This document shows positions 20,367 to 30,066 of a stretch of 64,000 bases of DNA, in pieces. Numbering within the stretch: position 1 is the stretch's first letter; every line of letters begins with the position of its first letter. The DNA is from an uncultured Pseudohongiella sp. (GTDB taxonomy: Bacteria; Pseudomonadota; Gammaproteobacteria; Pseudomonadales; Pseudohongiellaceae), in contig CACAEJ010000005.1 in assembly GCA_902531515.1 (NCBI GenBank), positions 7,017 to 71,016 on the forward strand, written 5' to 3'. The notes beneath the pieces were generated by a model. That model worked only from the letters and a program-made list of their open reading frames with translations, did no database searches and was not told the origin of the DNA. Both the position numbers and the translations under genes were made by a program.

Positions 20367-21839
20367 TTAGTTTGAGTTTGCTTTAAAATCGAGAACTGAA
20401 ACATTATTGAAGCCTAGCTCCATCAAGTGCGCCGCATGCATTCTACTCATCATACCCTTATCACAATAAAGTGAATAATCTTGGTTGGATTCAAGACTCT
20501 CAAACTGAGAGGACAAACTATAAAATGGGATATTCAGGATCTTGACCTTAACACCAAACGAAAGAGGACTTATTTCTATGTCATTAGGGTGTCGTATATC
20601 AATGACAATACCGCACTCTGTTAGAGATCCCACAATTGAGACATCGTTCTCTTTCTTGCCTACCCCGTCAATCAACTCGGAAATCAACTGGTATTTGGTA
20701 TCTTCCAAAGCTTCGAGCAAAACCCTCTCATCAATGCGAGACTCTTCTCGCTCGATCTTACTTATTCTGGCTTTGGTGGTTGGGTTCTTAGAAATAACAG
20801 CGCAATATTCAGGAACATCGATGGAGAAATTTTCAGTACCTATCTCTCGCGCCATATTGATGATTTCTTGTTTATCACTCATGCACAAGGGTCGCAAAAT
20901 TAAGCTATCAGAAACATCCTCTATCACAGAGAGGTTTGCAAGTGTCTGACTTGAAACCTGAGCAATACTCTCTCCTGTAACCAATGCATTTAAACCCATT
21001 TTCTTGGCAATTGCGTCGCCTGCCCGATACATCATTCTTTTCAATATTACCCCCATCTGGGAGTTTTCCACCTTACTTAAGATTTCTTCGACTACACCTT
21101 CGAAAGGTACCGAGATAAACTTAACTCTATGAGAACTGTGAAACTTCATCCAGAGAAATAAAGCGATCTCCTTAACCAGAACTTCATGAGAGCTGCCTCC
21201 AAGATTAAAAAAGCAATAATGAGTTTGGAGACCGCGCTTAATACAAAGATAGCTGGAAACGGAAGAGTCAAAACCTCCAGAGATTAACGATAAAACAGAA
21301 TCCTGACAGCCAAGAGGAAAACCACCTAACCCTTTAAATTTATCTTTGATGATATAGAAAAAATCGTCGCGTATCTCAAGGGATACGGTTACATCTGGAT
21401 TTCTGAGATTAACCTTTGCCGTGGGACACGACTCTAATATTCCATGTCCAATAAAGCGTTCGACATCTACTGAACTAAACGAATGATCGCCAGTTCTTTT
21501 GCAACGGACCGCAAACGTTTTCCCGTTTAAATAATGGCCATGGAGATTTTTGGAGAGCTCCAGCATTTCTTCCATGGATGAAAGTTGGTGTTTTTCAACT
21601 ACACAAATTTGGGCAATGCCTGGTGTATTCTGAAGTCGATCCTGAATTTGACGAATTTTTGCCTGCTCTGGGAAATTTACGTCTACCTCGATGGCGTCCC
21701 ATTTACCCCGAACCTGAATTTGATTACCGAATTCCTTCAATACCCTGTGTGTGTTCTTTCTCAGCTGTCGAGTAAAACGCCGCCGAACAACTCGGCTTTT
21801 GATGGTAATCTCTGGTGACAGTTTTATAAGGAATAGCAT
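20367..21839 (-). CDS. thiI: tRNA 4-thiouridine(8) synthase ThiI with C-terminal rhodanese-like domain
   Basis: THUMP-type N-terminus, PP-loop SLISGGFDSSVS and a C-terminal rhodanese-like region with LYCDKG. Confidence 0.93.
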   Translation of the reverse strand: MLFLIKLSPEITIKSRVVRRRFTRQLRKNTHRVLKEFGNQIQVRGKWDAIEVDVNFPEQAKIRQIQDRLQNTPGIAQICVVEKHQLSSMEEMLELSKNLHGHYLNGKTFAVRCKRTGDHSFSSVDVERFIGHGILESCPTAKVNLRNPDVTVSLEIRDDFFYIIKDKFKGLGGFPLGCQDSVLSLISGGFDSSVSSYLCIKRGLQTHYCFFNLGGSSHEVLVKEIALFLWMKFHSSHRVKFISVPFEGVVEEILSKVENSQMGVILKRMMYRAGDAIAKKMGLNALVTGESIAQVSSQTLANLSVIEDVSDSLILRPLCMSDKQEIINMAREIGTENFSIDVPEYCAVISKNPTTKARISKIEREESRIDERVLLEALEDTKYQLISELIDGVGKKENDVSIVGSLTECGIVIDIRHPNDIEISPLSFGVKVKILNIPFYSLSSQFESLESNQDYSLYCDKGMMSRMHAAHLMELGFNNVSVLDFKANSN

Positions 21840-21937
21840 TTAGTGGCCATAACTGTAGGTTTTAAAAACACTCAAAATAGTACTCAGCTCTCAAGTTCTG
21901 AATCGCAGATAATGAAAGCGTTCATGCTCTAAGATAA

Positions 21938-21954
21938 GGCACTTATTTAGTGCA
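21938..21954. promoter_or_regulatory. putative NtrC enhancer site upstream of the GS gene
   Basis: GGCACT-TATTT-AGTGCA versus consensus TGCACC-N5-GGTGCA. It lies about 105 bp upstream of the sigma54 promoter at 22046. Confidence 0.5.
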
Positions 21955-22045
21955 TCAATAGTGCATACGCTCTTTTTGGGTGCGTTTATTAGTTGAATTT
22001 TATCATAAAGTTATGTAATTTCAGGCTTCGTAATAGCATCTTTGC

Positions 22046-22061
22046 TGGCATATATTTTGCT
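22046..22061 (+). promoter_or_regulatory. sigma54 (-24/-12) promoter
   Basis: TGGCAT-ATATT-TTGCT with exact GG-N10-GC spacing; about 195 nt upstream of the glnII ATG. Confidence 0.6.
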
Positions 22062-22256
22062 CCTACAAAAGCTCATAAGGCAAGCGCCTAATGTAGCAGT
22101 AATCTAGGATGCAATTTGATTCCTTGAAGATGCGAAAATTAAGATTGCTCACTTTGCCTTTATTTGTCTGCTGCCCTACTCTTCTAGCATGCCTTGAATT
22201 GTGGATAAGCAAAAATATAACGTGTAGTCGAATATCGTTTAGGAGATAGTTAGAAA

Positions 22257-23270
22257 ATGAAATCAAAACTGGAATACATCTGGCTTGATGGTTATAAGCC
22301 CACTCAAAGCCTTCGCAGCAAGACACAAGTTAAATCCGACTTCGGAGGAACCCTAGAAGAATGTCCAATGTGGTCGTTTGATGGTTCTTCGACCCTACAA
22401 GCCACTGGCGATGACTCTGACTGTTTGTTGAAGCCAGTTGCTATATACCCAGACCCCGATAGAGCTAACGCTTACTTGGTTATGACTGAGGTGCTCAATG
22501 CAGATGGTTCCCCCCACGAATCAAATGGGCGCGCTACAATAGACGATGACGACGAGGACTTCTGGTTCGGTTTTGAACAAGAATATTTTCTATGGGACAG
22601 TAAGACTAATCTTCCACCAGGGTTTCCCGCAGGCGGATATCCTGGACCGCAAGGTCCCTACTATTGTTCTGTTGGCGCAAACAACGCTCATGGAAGGGAT
22701 TGCATTGAAGACCATCTAGATCTGTGCTTAGACGCGGGAATAAACGTCGAGGGAATAAACGCAGAAGTTGCGGCAGGTCAATGGGAATTCCAAGTTTTTG
22801 CTAAAGGAGCAAAGCGTGCCGGCGACGAAACCTGGGTAGCCCGCTATCTTTTGGAGCGAACCGCAGAGAAATACGGCTACGCTATTAACTGGGAGCCAAA
22901 GCCTCTGGGTAAGGAGCTGGATTGGAATGGATCTGGCATGCACGCTAACTTTTCTAACGGGGTGATGCGCGAATCCGGAGACAAGGGAGTATTTACTAAA
23001 ATTTGTGAGGAGTTCGGCAAAAACATAGAGCGTCACATTAGCGTTTACGGTGCGGACAATGACCAAAGACTCACGGGTGAACATGAAACCCAGGCTATAG
23101 ATACCTTCAGTTACGGTGTTTCAGATCGAGGAGCCTCGATCAGAATACCCGTAGGCACTGTTGAAGATGGCTGGAAAGGCAGGCTTGAAGATAGAAGAAC
23201 CGCTTCAAATGCTGACCCCTACAAGGTAGCAGCGGCAATTATTAAGACGACTAAGGAAGGTCTATCCTAG
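22257..23270 (+). CDS. glnII: glutamine synthetase, type II (eukaryote-like GSII)
   Basis: 337 aa with KLEYIWLDGY, WSFDGSST, DCLLKPVAIYPDP, FGFEQEYF, GPYYCSVG, EGINAEVAAGQWEFQ, NGSGMHANFS, SYGVSDRGASIRIP and LEDRR. Collinear with rhizobial GlnII as I remember it. Confidence 0.9.
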   Translation: MKSKLEYIWLDGYKPTQSLRSKTQVKSDFGGTLEECPMWSFDGSSTLQATGDDSDCLLKPVAIYPDPDRANAYLVMTEVLNADGSPHESNGRATIDDDDEDFWFGFEQEYFLWDSKTNLPPGFPAGGYPGPQGPYYCSVGANNAHGRDCIEDHLDLCLDAGINVEGINAEVAAGQWEFQVFAKGAKRAGDETWVARYLLERTAEKYGYAINWEPKPLGKELDWNGSGMHANFSNGVMRESGDKGVFTKICEEFGKNIERHISVYGADNDQRLTGEHETQAIDTFSYGVSDRGASIRIPVGTVEDGWKGRLEDRRTASNADPYKVAAAIIKTTKEGLS

Positions 23271-23287
23271 CAATTGACTAACTTGCA

Positions 23288-23316
23288 AAAGCCCGGTTTC
23301 CACCCGGGCTTTTTTA
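23288..23316 (+). terminator. rho-independent terminator after glnII
   Basis: AGCCCGG-tttccac-CCGGGCT followed by TTTTTT. Confidence 0.8.
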
Positions 23317-23342
23317 TAACAACCTTGGAATTCATTGATACG

Positions 23343-23359
23343 TGCACTAATTTGGTGCA
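23343..23359. promoter_or_regulatory. NtrC binding site
   Basis: TGCACT-AATTT-GGTGCA matches 11 of 12 consensus positions. It lies about 100 bp upstream of the sigma54 promoter at 23443. Confidence 0.65.
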
Positions 23360-23442
23360 TATTACACCTTAAATCGTCCTGCGATAAGCCGATCTTATCA
23401 AAAAATGTCGGGTTTTACTGGCACGTAGGAGATTAGACAGAT

Positions 23443-23458
23443 TGGTTTAGTAATTGCA
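23443..23458 (+). promoter_or_regulatory. sigma54 promoter for ntrBC
   Basis: TGGTTT-AGTAA-TTGCA with GG-N10-GC spacing; about 70 nt upstream of the ntrB GTG. Confidence 0.55.
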
Positions 23459-23528
23459 TAAGGAATGACAGTTGGGTGTCTCTAGGAGTGCTCACACGTT
23501 TGGCCCCTGACCCTGAAGAAGAATTGCT

Positions 23529-24650
23529 GTGAATCTTAATACCGTACACAAATTACTGTTGGATAACGCCAAAACGGGCATTGTTTTGTTAAATAGCCAG
23601 TTAAGATTTTTATATGTCAACGCCTCTGCTGAGGTCCTGTTAGAAATTAGTGACCGCAAGGCACATGACTTGTTTATTGGGGACATCCTCAAAAACGCAG
23701 AAGAAGATATCGGAGAAATGAAAACAGCGATCACCAAAAACAATAGCCTTACTAAACTCAGAGCCGAATTAAATACAATCCATGCCAAAAAGCTAGTAGT
23801 CGATTACACTGTAAATCCTTTTGAGGAAAATGGTGAGACGCTTGCTCTTTTAGAGCTAAACTCGATTGAACAGTCACAAAAGATTACCCGAGAGGTCTCG
23901 TTAAATTCTGCATACACAACGACTCGGGAGTTGGTGCGCGGTTTAGCTCATGAGATAAAAAATCCTCTGGGAGGGATCAGAGGTGCTGCGCAACTGCTGG
24001 CCCAGGAAATTTCTGATAATGAACTCATAGACTATACTAAAGTAATCATCCAGGAGGCAGATCGACTTCGTAATTTAGTCGATAGGCTTGTGGGTTCTAG
24101 GAAGCCGCTAGAACTCAAAGAAATAAACATACATGAAGTTCTTGAAAGAGTCCGAAGTTTAGTGGCCGCTGAAACTTTGGGCAAAGGAATCAATTTGCAC
24201 TGTGACTATGATCCAAGCCTTCCGACGATTGTAGCTGACTCGGAAAAAATGATTCAGGCACTGCTAAATCTTTTACGAAACTCACTACAAGCATTGAATA
24301 GTCCAGATGTTGATCATCAACTTGGAGAGATTATCTTAAGGACGCGAATCACAAGAAACATAACCATAGGCTCTAAATTTTTTAAACTGGCCATCGCGGT
24401 AGACATCATAGATAACGGGCCAGGTATCCCTCAGGAGATTTCCGAGACTATTTTTTATCCAATGATTAGCGGTCGACCAGACGGCTCAGGTCTTGGACTT
24501 CCAATATCACACGGGATAGTAACCCAGCATGGAGGGATGATTGAATGCGAATGCAAGCCAGGGGAAACAAAATTTACGGTCACGATACCTATACAACGTA
24601 ATTCTCAATTTTCAATTTCGAAGGTACAGCAAGCAAATGAACTCAAATAA
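23529..24650 (+). CDS. ntrB: nitrogen regulation sensor histidine kinase NtrB
   Basis: PAS-like N-terminus, H-box LAHEIKNPLGGIRGAAQLL, and ATPase boxes NLLRNSLQA, DNGPGIP and GSGLGLP. Confidence 0.9.
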   Translation: MNLNTVHKLLLDNAKTGIVLLNSQLRFLYVNASAEVLLEISDRKAHDLFIGDILKNAEEDIGEMKTAITKNNSLTKLRAELNTIHAKKLVVDYTVNPFEENGETLALLELNSIEQSQKITREVSLNSAYTTTRELVRGLAHEIKNPLGGIRGAAQLLAQEISDNELIDYTKVIIQEADRLRNLVDRLVGSRKPLELKEINIHEVLERVRSLVAAETLGKGINLHCDYDPSLPTIVADSEKMIQALLNLLRNSLQALNSPDVDHQLGEIILRTRITRNITIGSKFFKLAIAVDIIDNGPGIPQEISETIFYPMISGRPDGSGLGLPISHGIVTQHGGMIECECKPGETKFTVTIPIQRNSQFSISKVQQANELK

Positions 24651-26070
24651 TTCAGTCTGGATAGTTGATGACGATCGCTCGATTCGGTGGGTGTTGGATA
24701 AATCTTTAAGTAAAACAGGTTTAAATACTCAAACTTTCGAAAATGGAGATGAGCTCCTCCATCGTCTAGCGCAAGAGTCTCCAGATGCCATAATCAGTGA
24801 TATCAGGATGCCGGGAATGAACGGACTGGACTTGTTGTCAACAATACAGGAATCTCATCCGAATCTACCAGTTATTATAATGACCGCTCATTCAGACCTA
24901 GACAGTGCTGTTGCCTCATATAGCCGCGGTGCTTTTGAGTATCTTCCAAAACCCTTTGATATTGAGGATGCCGTTGCAATTACTCAGAGAGCACTGGACC
25001 ATAATTGTGACGCTGACAAAGAGTCTCAAGAGTCTTTTAGCCAGAAAAATCCAGAGATAATTGGTGAAGCCCCCGCCATGCAAGAAGTCTTTAGGGCGAT
25101 AGGCCGGCTCTCAAATAGTAACATTTCAGTATTAATAAATGGCGAGTCAGGCACGGGAAAAGAGTTGGTCGCGCATGCTCTCCATAAGCATAGCCCAAGA
25201 AAGGAAATGCAATTTGTACCCTTGAATGTTGCTGCCATACCAAAGGAACTGATCGAATCGGAGCTGTTTGGACATGAAAAAGGAGCATTCACGGGCGCCA
25301 CTCACCAAAGAACTGGTCGGTTTGAACAAGCGGACGGTGGCACGCTTTTTCTTGACGAAATCGGAGATATGCCAGCAGATACTCAAACGAGATTGTTGAG
25401 AGTGCTATCAGACGGTGAATTTTATAGAGTAGGTGGTCATACATCGATTAAAGTGGACGTTAGAATCATAGCTGCTACACACCAGAATCTCGAGGATCTG
25501 GTTAAGCAACACTCATTCCGGGAAGATTTATTTCATAGATTAAATGTGATTCGTATCCACATACCAAGATTACGTGAGCGACGCGAGGATATTCCGCAGC
25601 TCATGAGTCATTTCTTGAAAATTGCAGCAAACGAACTAGAAGTAGAGCCCAAACAGTTAAAGCAAGAAACAGAGAAATATTTAGTTGGATTAGATTGGCC
25701 GGGCAATGTTCGGCAATTAGAAAATTTCTGCCGATGGATTACAGTAATGGCGTCCGGCCGGGAAGTTCATCTCACCGACCTTCCTCCCGAATTCTCCAGT
25801 AATAAATCAACGCATGAGGAGAATACGAACTGGACCGACGCACTTCATACTTGGGCAGACCAACAATTGAGCCTGGGGAACACAGGTATACTTGATCAGG
25901 CAACCCCGCTCCTCGAGCGAACACTAATCGATATAGCATTAAAGCATACGGCAGGCAGAAGAAGAGATGCTGCCAACCTCTTGGGCTGGGGCAGAAACAC
26001 GCTAACACGAAAAATTAAGGAATTCGAAAACTCCAACTTGTCTTCACTTAGCGGTAACGGAGGTCAATAA
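24637..26070 (+). CDS. ntrC: nitrogen regulation response regulator NtrC (sigma54 activator)
   Basis: The internal Met gives MNSNNSVWIVDDDRSIRW (REC domain). AAA+ motifs GESGTGKE, GAFTGA and LFLDEIGD are present, plus a C-terminal HTH. The start overlaps the ntrB stop. Confidence 0.93.
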   Translation: MNSNNSVWIVDDDRSIRWVLDKSLSKTGLNTQTFENGDELLHRLAQESPDAIISDIRMPGMNGLDLLSTIQESHPNLPVIIMTAHSDLDSAVASYSRGAFEYLPKPFDIEDAVAITQRALDHNCDADKESQESFSQKNPEIIGEAPAMQEVFRAIGRLSNSNISVLINGESGTGKELVAHALHKHSPRKEMQFVPLNVAAIPKELIESELFGHEKGAFTGATHQRTGRFEQADGGTLFLDEIGDMPADTQTRLLRVLSDGEFYRVGGHTSIKVDVRIIAATHQNLEDLVKQHSFREDLFHRLNVIRIHIPRLRERREDIPQLMSHFLKIAANELEVEPKQLKQETEKYLVGLDWPGNVRQLENFCRWITVMASGREVHLTDLPPEFSSNKSTHEENTNWTDALHTWADQQLSLGNTGILDQATPLLERTLIDIALKHTAGRRRDAANLLGWGRNTLTRKIKEFENSNLSSLSGNGGQ

Positions 26071-26110
26071 GAAACTGGCCGTCCATAAAGAGAAGATTTG
26101 GAACGATGAA

Positions 26111-26581
26111 ATGGTAGATATAGTGCTTTTTGAGCCAGAGATTCCCCAAAATACCGGAAATATAATTCGGTTGGCTGCCAATACAGGATCAAAACTACAT
26201 TTAATCCAGCCCTTGGGCTTTAAACTCGAAGATAAGAAAATGCGACGGGCTGGGCTCGATTATCATGAGTTCGCTGAAATCTCTGTTTACGATGGGTGGC
26301 AGCAGTTCAAAAATGAATCGGTAAAAAACCGCCGCGTATTGGGGCTAAGCACCAAGGGATCTGAGCCCTACACTTCAATACACTTCAAGACCGACGATTT
26401 TGTAGTCTTTGGTTCCGAGACAAGAGGGCTATCAGATGCCACTCGAGAGGATATAGGTCAAGAAAATATCTATAGAATTCCTATGATAGGCGGTAGTAGG
26501 AGTCTTAATCTATCTAACGCAGTTGCTATAGTGATATATCAGGCTTGGCACCAAGGCAATTTCGCAGGATCAATAGTTTGA
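26111..26581 (+). CDS. trmL: tRNA (cytidine/uridine-2'-O)-methyltransferase TrmL (SpoU family)
   Basis: 156 aa with FEPEIPQNTGNIIRLAANTG and LNLSNAVAIVIYQ. Confidence 0.88.
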   Translation: MVDIVLFEPEIPQNTGNIIRLAANTGSKLHLIQPLGFKLEDKKMRRAGLDYHEFAEISVYDGWQQFKNESVKNRRVLGLSTKGSEPYTSIHFKTDDFVVFGSETRGLSDATREDIGQENIYRIPMIGGSRSLNLSNAVAIVIYQAWHQGNFAGSIV

Positions 26582-26601
26582 TCACTAGTCAAGCGACCAA
26601 C

Positions 26602-27123
26602 TCAAGTTTGAGATTCGGAGCTAACACCATTGCCTTCCGCAGCTTGATCCGTCTGAGACTGCCTCTGTTGCTGATAGATCGCATCGAAATTTATTGGAGC
26701 CAACGCTAAGGCTGGATAACTCCCCTTGAGAACGAGCGAATCTATAGCTTCTCGTGCATATGGAAAAAGTATAGTCGGACATACAGTGGCTAACATCTGC
26801 TCAATTTGAGGCCCATCAAAACCTTGCGCAGCAAAGACGCCGGCCTGATGAACCTCTACTAAAAACGCTACTTTCTCATCTATCTGAGCCTCTACCGTAA
26901 GAACCAAAACAACCTCGTAGAGGTCATCTTGCAATTTTTCATGCTTACTTTTTATATCGAAATTAATTTTAGGGGTCCATTGCCCTTGGAATACCGCAGG
27001 GCTCCCAGGCGACTCAAACGATGAGTCCTTTAAATAAATTCGTTGCAATGCAAACTGCGGTCCCGTAGGTTGATCTTGGTCTGTTGGCCCAGCGGAGGGT
27101 TGTAAATTTTCTTCATCAGCCAT
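26602..27123 (-). CDS. secB: protein-export chaperone SecB
   Basis: FALQRIYLKDSSFESPGSP..., with a length and acidic C-terminus typical of SecB. Confidence 0.92.
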   Translation of the reverse strand: MADEENLQPSAGPTDQDQPTGPQFALQRIYLKDSSFESPGSPAVFQGQWTPKINFDIKSKHEKLQDDLYEVVLVLTVEAQIDEKVAFLVEVHQAGVFAAQGFDGPQIEQMLATVCPTILFPYAREAIDSLVLKGSYPALALAPINFDAIYQQQRQSQTDQAAEGNGVSSESQT

Positions 27124-27166
27124 AATTAATCCTATTTTTCTTTACTAAGAAATTTCTCTCTAACTT

Positions 27167-27583
27167 TTAATTCTGAACCAACGGGAGAGATTGCGCCTTC
27201 CACTCGGTCAGCCCGCCAGTAAGCCGCACCACTTCATCGTGTCCGGCCTCTTGAAGCAACTTAGCAGCGTCTCCAGAATGCTGTCCCAATTTGCAGACAA
27301 CGATAACCGGCTTTTGCTTATGCTTTCTTAATTCGTTGAGCCTCTGCTTTAACTTGTTCAGAGGTATATTAAGTGAGTCGACGATGTGCCCTGCATCAAA
27401 CTCTTTCCTCTCTCGAACATCTATCACTACAGCATCTTTACGATTTATCATCATTATCGCTTCTTGTGGTGCCACACTACTAGCCGAGGTTCTTCTATGA
27501 TAAAAAATAATCGCGCCAAGTGTAATCATCCACATAGCAGTGAGAACTGGATGCTTACCTATAAATTCCAAAAACTGAATCAT
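27167..27583 (-). CDS. membrane-anchored rhodanese-domain protein (YibN-like)
   Basis: N-terminal TM helix plus a rhodanese domain with active-site loop VVCKLGQHSG; adjacent to secB. Confidence 0.8.
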   Translation of the reverse strand: MIQFLEFIGKHPVLTAMWMITLGAIIFYHRRTSASSVAPQEAIMMINRKDAVVIDVRERKEFDAGHIVDSLNIPLNKLKQRLNELRKHKQKPVIVVCKLGQHSGDAAKLLQEAGHDEVVRLTGGLTEWKAQSLPLVQN

Positions 27584-27893
27584 AATTTTTCTTAATGAGG
27601 ATTCCCAAGGAACAGAATAAATTCTACTATTACTCTCCCACTAACATGATGCTATAAAAAATGGAGCAGTATACACTTCTGTAGACGACTAAAGAAGGAC
27701 TAAAAACGAATGAAGCTCCAGAAAATCTAGCTATTTAATCGATTATTTATTTGGCCTTAAACTGCTAACCGAGGGCGAAGAAACTCCCAATACGGAAAAT
27801 TAGCCCTGAATAATAACAGAGAACTTGCCAATTTTTTTCATAAGTGGAACTATACTCCGGGCTAGAAATTTAGAAAGTATCAAGGAAATTATT

Positions 27894-29240
27894 ATGGTTT
27901 TTATAGTCACCAGAGACAAGATGCTGCAGTCAGTACTCGCAGCAATGTTGGTTTGGCCAAGTTTTTCCGTTGCCCAAGACAGCGCAAATACCCCTCTCCC
28001 GCTCCCACTAGAAGAAGTTAGAATGTTTACGGAAGCTTTGGAGAGAATTCGAGTATCCTATGTCGAAGAAGTAGACGATAAAACCCTCTTGGAGAATGCA
28101 ATTAAGGGCATGCTTTCTGGTTTAGATCCCCATTCTGCTTACGTTGTCGAGAGTGAATACGACGCGCTGCAAGAAACTACTTCAGGCGAATTTGGCGGTC
28201 TTGGCATTGAGGTTGGCAGAGAAGACGGCTATATCAAAGTAATAAGCCCTATTGATGATACCCCTGCTGATAAAGCCGGAATTCAGCCAGGAGATTTGAT
28301 AATACAAATTAACGATACACCAACTCGACAAATTATGCCTGAAGAGGCAGCAAATCTAATGCGCGGTGAGCCTGGGACATCCATAAATGTGACCATTGCG
28401 CGCGAAGGTGTTGAGCCATTCGAACTCACTATTACTCGGGAGGTTATTGCAATTAATAGTGTCCGAAGCCGAATGCTTGAACCAGGCTATGGATATTTTA
28501 GAATTTCGCAATTTAGAGCAAACACAGACCAAGATCTAGAGAACGAGTATGAGAAGGTGTCTGAAGAGAACCAAGATCTAAAGGGGCTTGTGCTTGATCT
28601 ACGGAATAATCCCGGAGGAGTACTGCAAGCTTCCGTCGGCGTAGTCGACGCCTTCATTAGCGATGGTCGAATCGTTTCCACAAAAGGAAGGTTGGAGGGT
28701 AACGATATGGAATTCATGGCCACCAGTCGAACAATTGCCAAAGACATCCCTCTAGTGGTGCTGATCAATAATGGTTCGGCATCGGCATCGGAAATAGTAG
28801 CAGGTGCATTACAAGATCATAATCGGGCAATTATCATGGGAACTAGAAGCTTTGGTAAAGGTTCAGTGCAATCCGTGGTGCCCTTGGCTGAACAGAGAGC
28901 TATTAAACTGACAACTTCTCTTTACTTTACACCCAATGGTCGTTCGATACAGGCCCAAGGGATAGATCCAGATATCATCGTCGAAAATGCATTTATAACT
29001 AAGCGGTCAAACAGCGTAATGCAGATAAGTGAATCTAACCTACCAAATCGCTTAGACAACGCAAACACGGATAAACAAGCTGATAGCGGCATGGCAGATG
29101 CGTTAATATCAGCAGAAGAGGTTTTGGTCACGGATTATCCTCTTAATGAAGCCCTAAACGTTTTGAAGGGAATTAATGCATTCTCTTCAAAAAATTCGAG
29201 TTTAGACACTGATTCTTTTGCTCAACTCAAGACTGATTAA
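27894..29240 (+). CDS. ctpA: carboxy-terminal processing (S41) protease
   Basis: Signal peptide, PDZ segment FGGLGIEV...GDLIIQIND, catalytic GSASASEIVAGALQD and SFGKGSVQ. The start is ATG 27894 or 27921 rather than 27825. Confidence 0.88.
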   Translation: MVFIVTRDKMLQSVLAAMLVWPSFSVAQDSANTPLPLPLEEVRMFTEALERIRVSYVEEVDDKTLLENAIKGMLSGLDPHSAYVVESEYDALQETTSGEFGGLGIEVGREDGYIKVISPIDDTPADKAGIQPGDLIIQINDTPTRQIMPEEAANLMRGEPGTSINVTIAREGVEPFELTITREVIAINSVRSRMLEPGYGYFRISQFRANTDQDLENEYEKVSEENQDLKGLVLDLRNNPGGVLQASVGVVDAFISDGRIVSTKGRLEGNDMEFMATSRTIAKDIPLVVLINNGSASASEIVAGALQDHNRAIIMGTRSFGKGSVQSVVPLAEQRAIKLTTSLYFTPNGRSIQAQGIDPDIIVENAFITKRSNSVMQISESNLPNRLDNANTDKQADSGMADALISAEEVLVTDYPLNEALNVLKGINAFSSKNSSLDTDSFAQLKTD

Positions 29241-29288
29241 AAGGGCCTGCTGTCAAATTCAAAACTAACATACCTGAAGAAACGTCCC

Positions 29289-30065
29289 TTACGTCCTAAC
29301 CTCTATTCCTTGAGCTGACATATGAGCTTTTGCTTGACCTATTGTGAATTCCCCAAAATGAAAAATCGAGGCTGCCAGAACCGCATCAGCCTCACCTACC
29401 AATATACCCTCAGCAAGATGCTCTAAACTGCCAACTCCACCAGACGCAATAATGGGCACTTTAACCGACCTACTAACTCGTCTTTTTAGAGCCAAATCAA
29501 ATCCATTCTTTGTGCCATCTCTATCCATACTCGTCAAAAGAATTTCGCCCGCACCGTTCTCTACCATCTTAGACACCCACTCAATAGCATCTTTACCTGT
29601 AGATCTGCGACCTCCGTGGGTAAAGATCTCCCATCTTTTCTCCTCCTCACCCTCTTGATTAACTTGTTTTGCATCCACCGCAACTACTATGCATTGAGAG
29701 CCAAACCTATCGGCAGCTTGCTTAACAAAGACTGGGTTCAGCACAGCTGCAGTGTTTATTGCGACTTTATCCGCACCGGCATTCAGCATGGTCCTGATAT
29801 CATTAAGACTTCTTATGCCCCCACCTACCGTTAGAGGAATAAACACCTCCCCTGCTATCGCTCTTACCGTATCTACGGTAGTTTCTCTATCCTCATGGCT
29901 TGCGGTAATGTCGAGAAATGTTATTTCATCTGCCCCTTCCTCGCAGTACCTCTTAGATACTTCAACTGGATCACCGGCATCCCGAATATCTACAAACTTA
30001 ACACCTTTTACGACTCTTCCCTTATCGCAGTCTAGACAAGGAATAACTCGCTTAGCCAAAGCCAT
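29289..30065 (-). CDS. hisF: imidazole glycerol phosphate synthase cyclase subunit
   Basis: [12 protein letters not shown]..., [16 protein letters not shown] and ASGGVG. The internal Met at 30065 aligns with E. coli HisF. Confidence 0.95.
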   Translation of the reverse strand: MALAKRVIPCLDCDKGRVVKGVKFVDIRDAGDPVEVSKRYCEEGADEITFLDITASHEDRETTVDTVRAIAGEVFIPLTVGGGIRSLNDIRTMLNAGADKVAINTAAVLNPVFVKQAADRFGSQCIVVAVDAKQVNQEGEEEKRWEIFTHGGRRSTGKDAIEWVSKMVENGAGEILLTSMDRDGTKNGFDLALKRRVSRSVKVPIIASGGVGSLEHLAEGILVGEADAVLAASIFHFGEFTIGQAKAHMSAQGIEVRT

Positions 30066-30066
30066 T

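Noticed and set aside
22062-22256. Possible glutamine riboswitch (glnA RNA motif) or other structured leader upstream of glnII. The antisense ORF 22063..22326 was also considered.
   Set aside because: I could not find the conserved GGAAGTAGG / GAAGGAACG-type segments of the glutamine riboswitch by eye. The antisense ORF overlaps the glnII start and looks spurious. The long leader is noted under the GSII finding only.
23419-23434. Second sigma54-like TGGCAC element upstream of ntrB.
   Set aside because: The -24 half (TGGCAC) is perfect, but the -12 position reads AGATT and lacks the GC dinucleotide. The element at 23443-23458 has correct GG-N10-GC spacing and is preferred.
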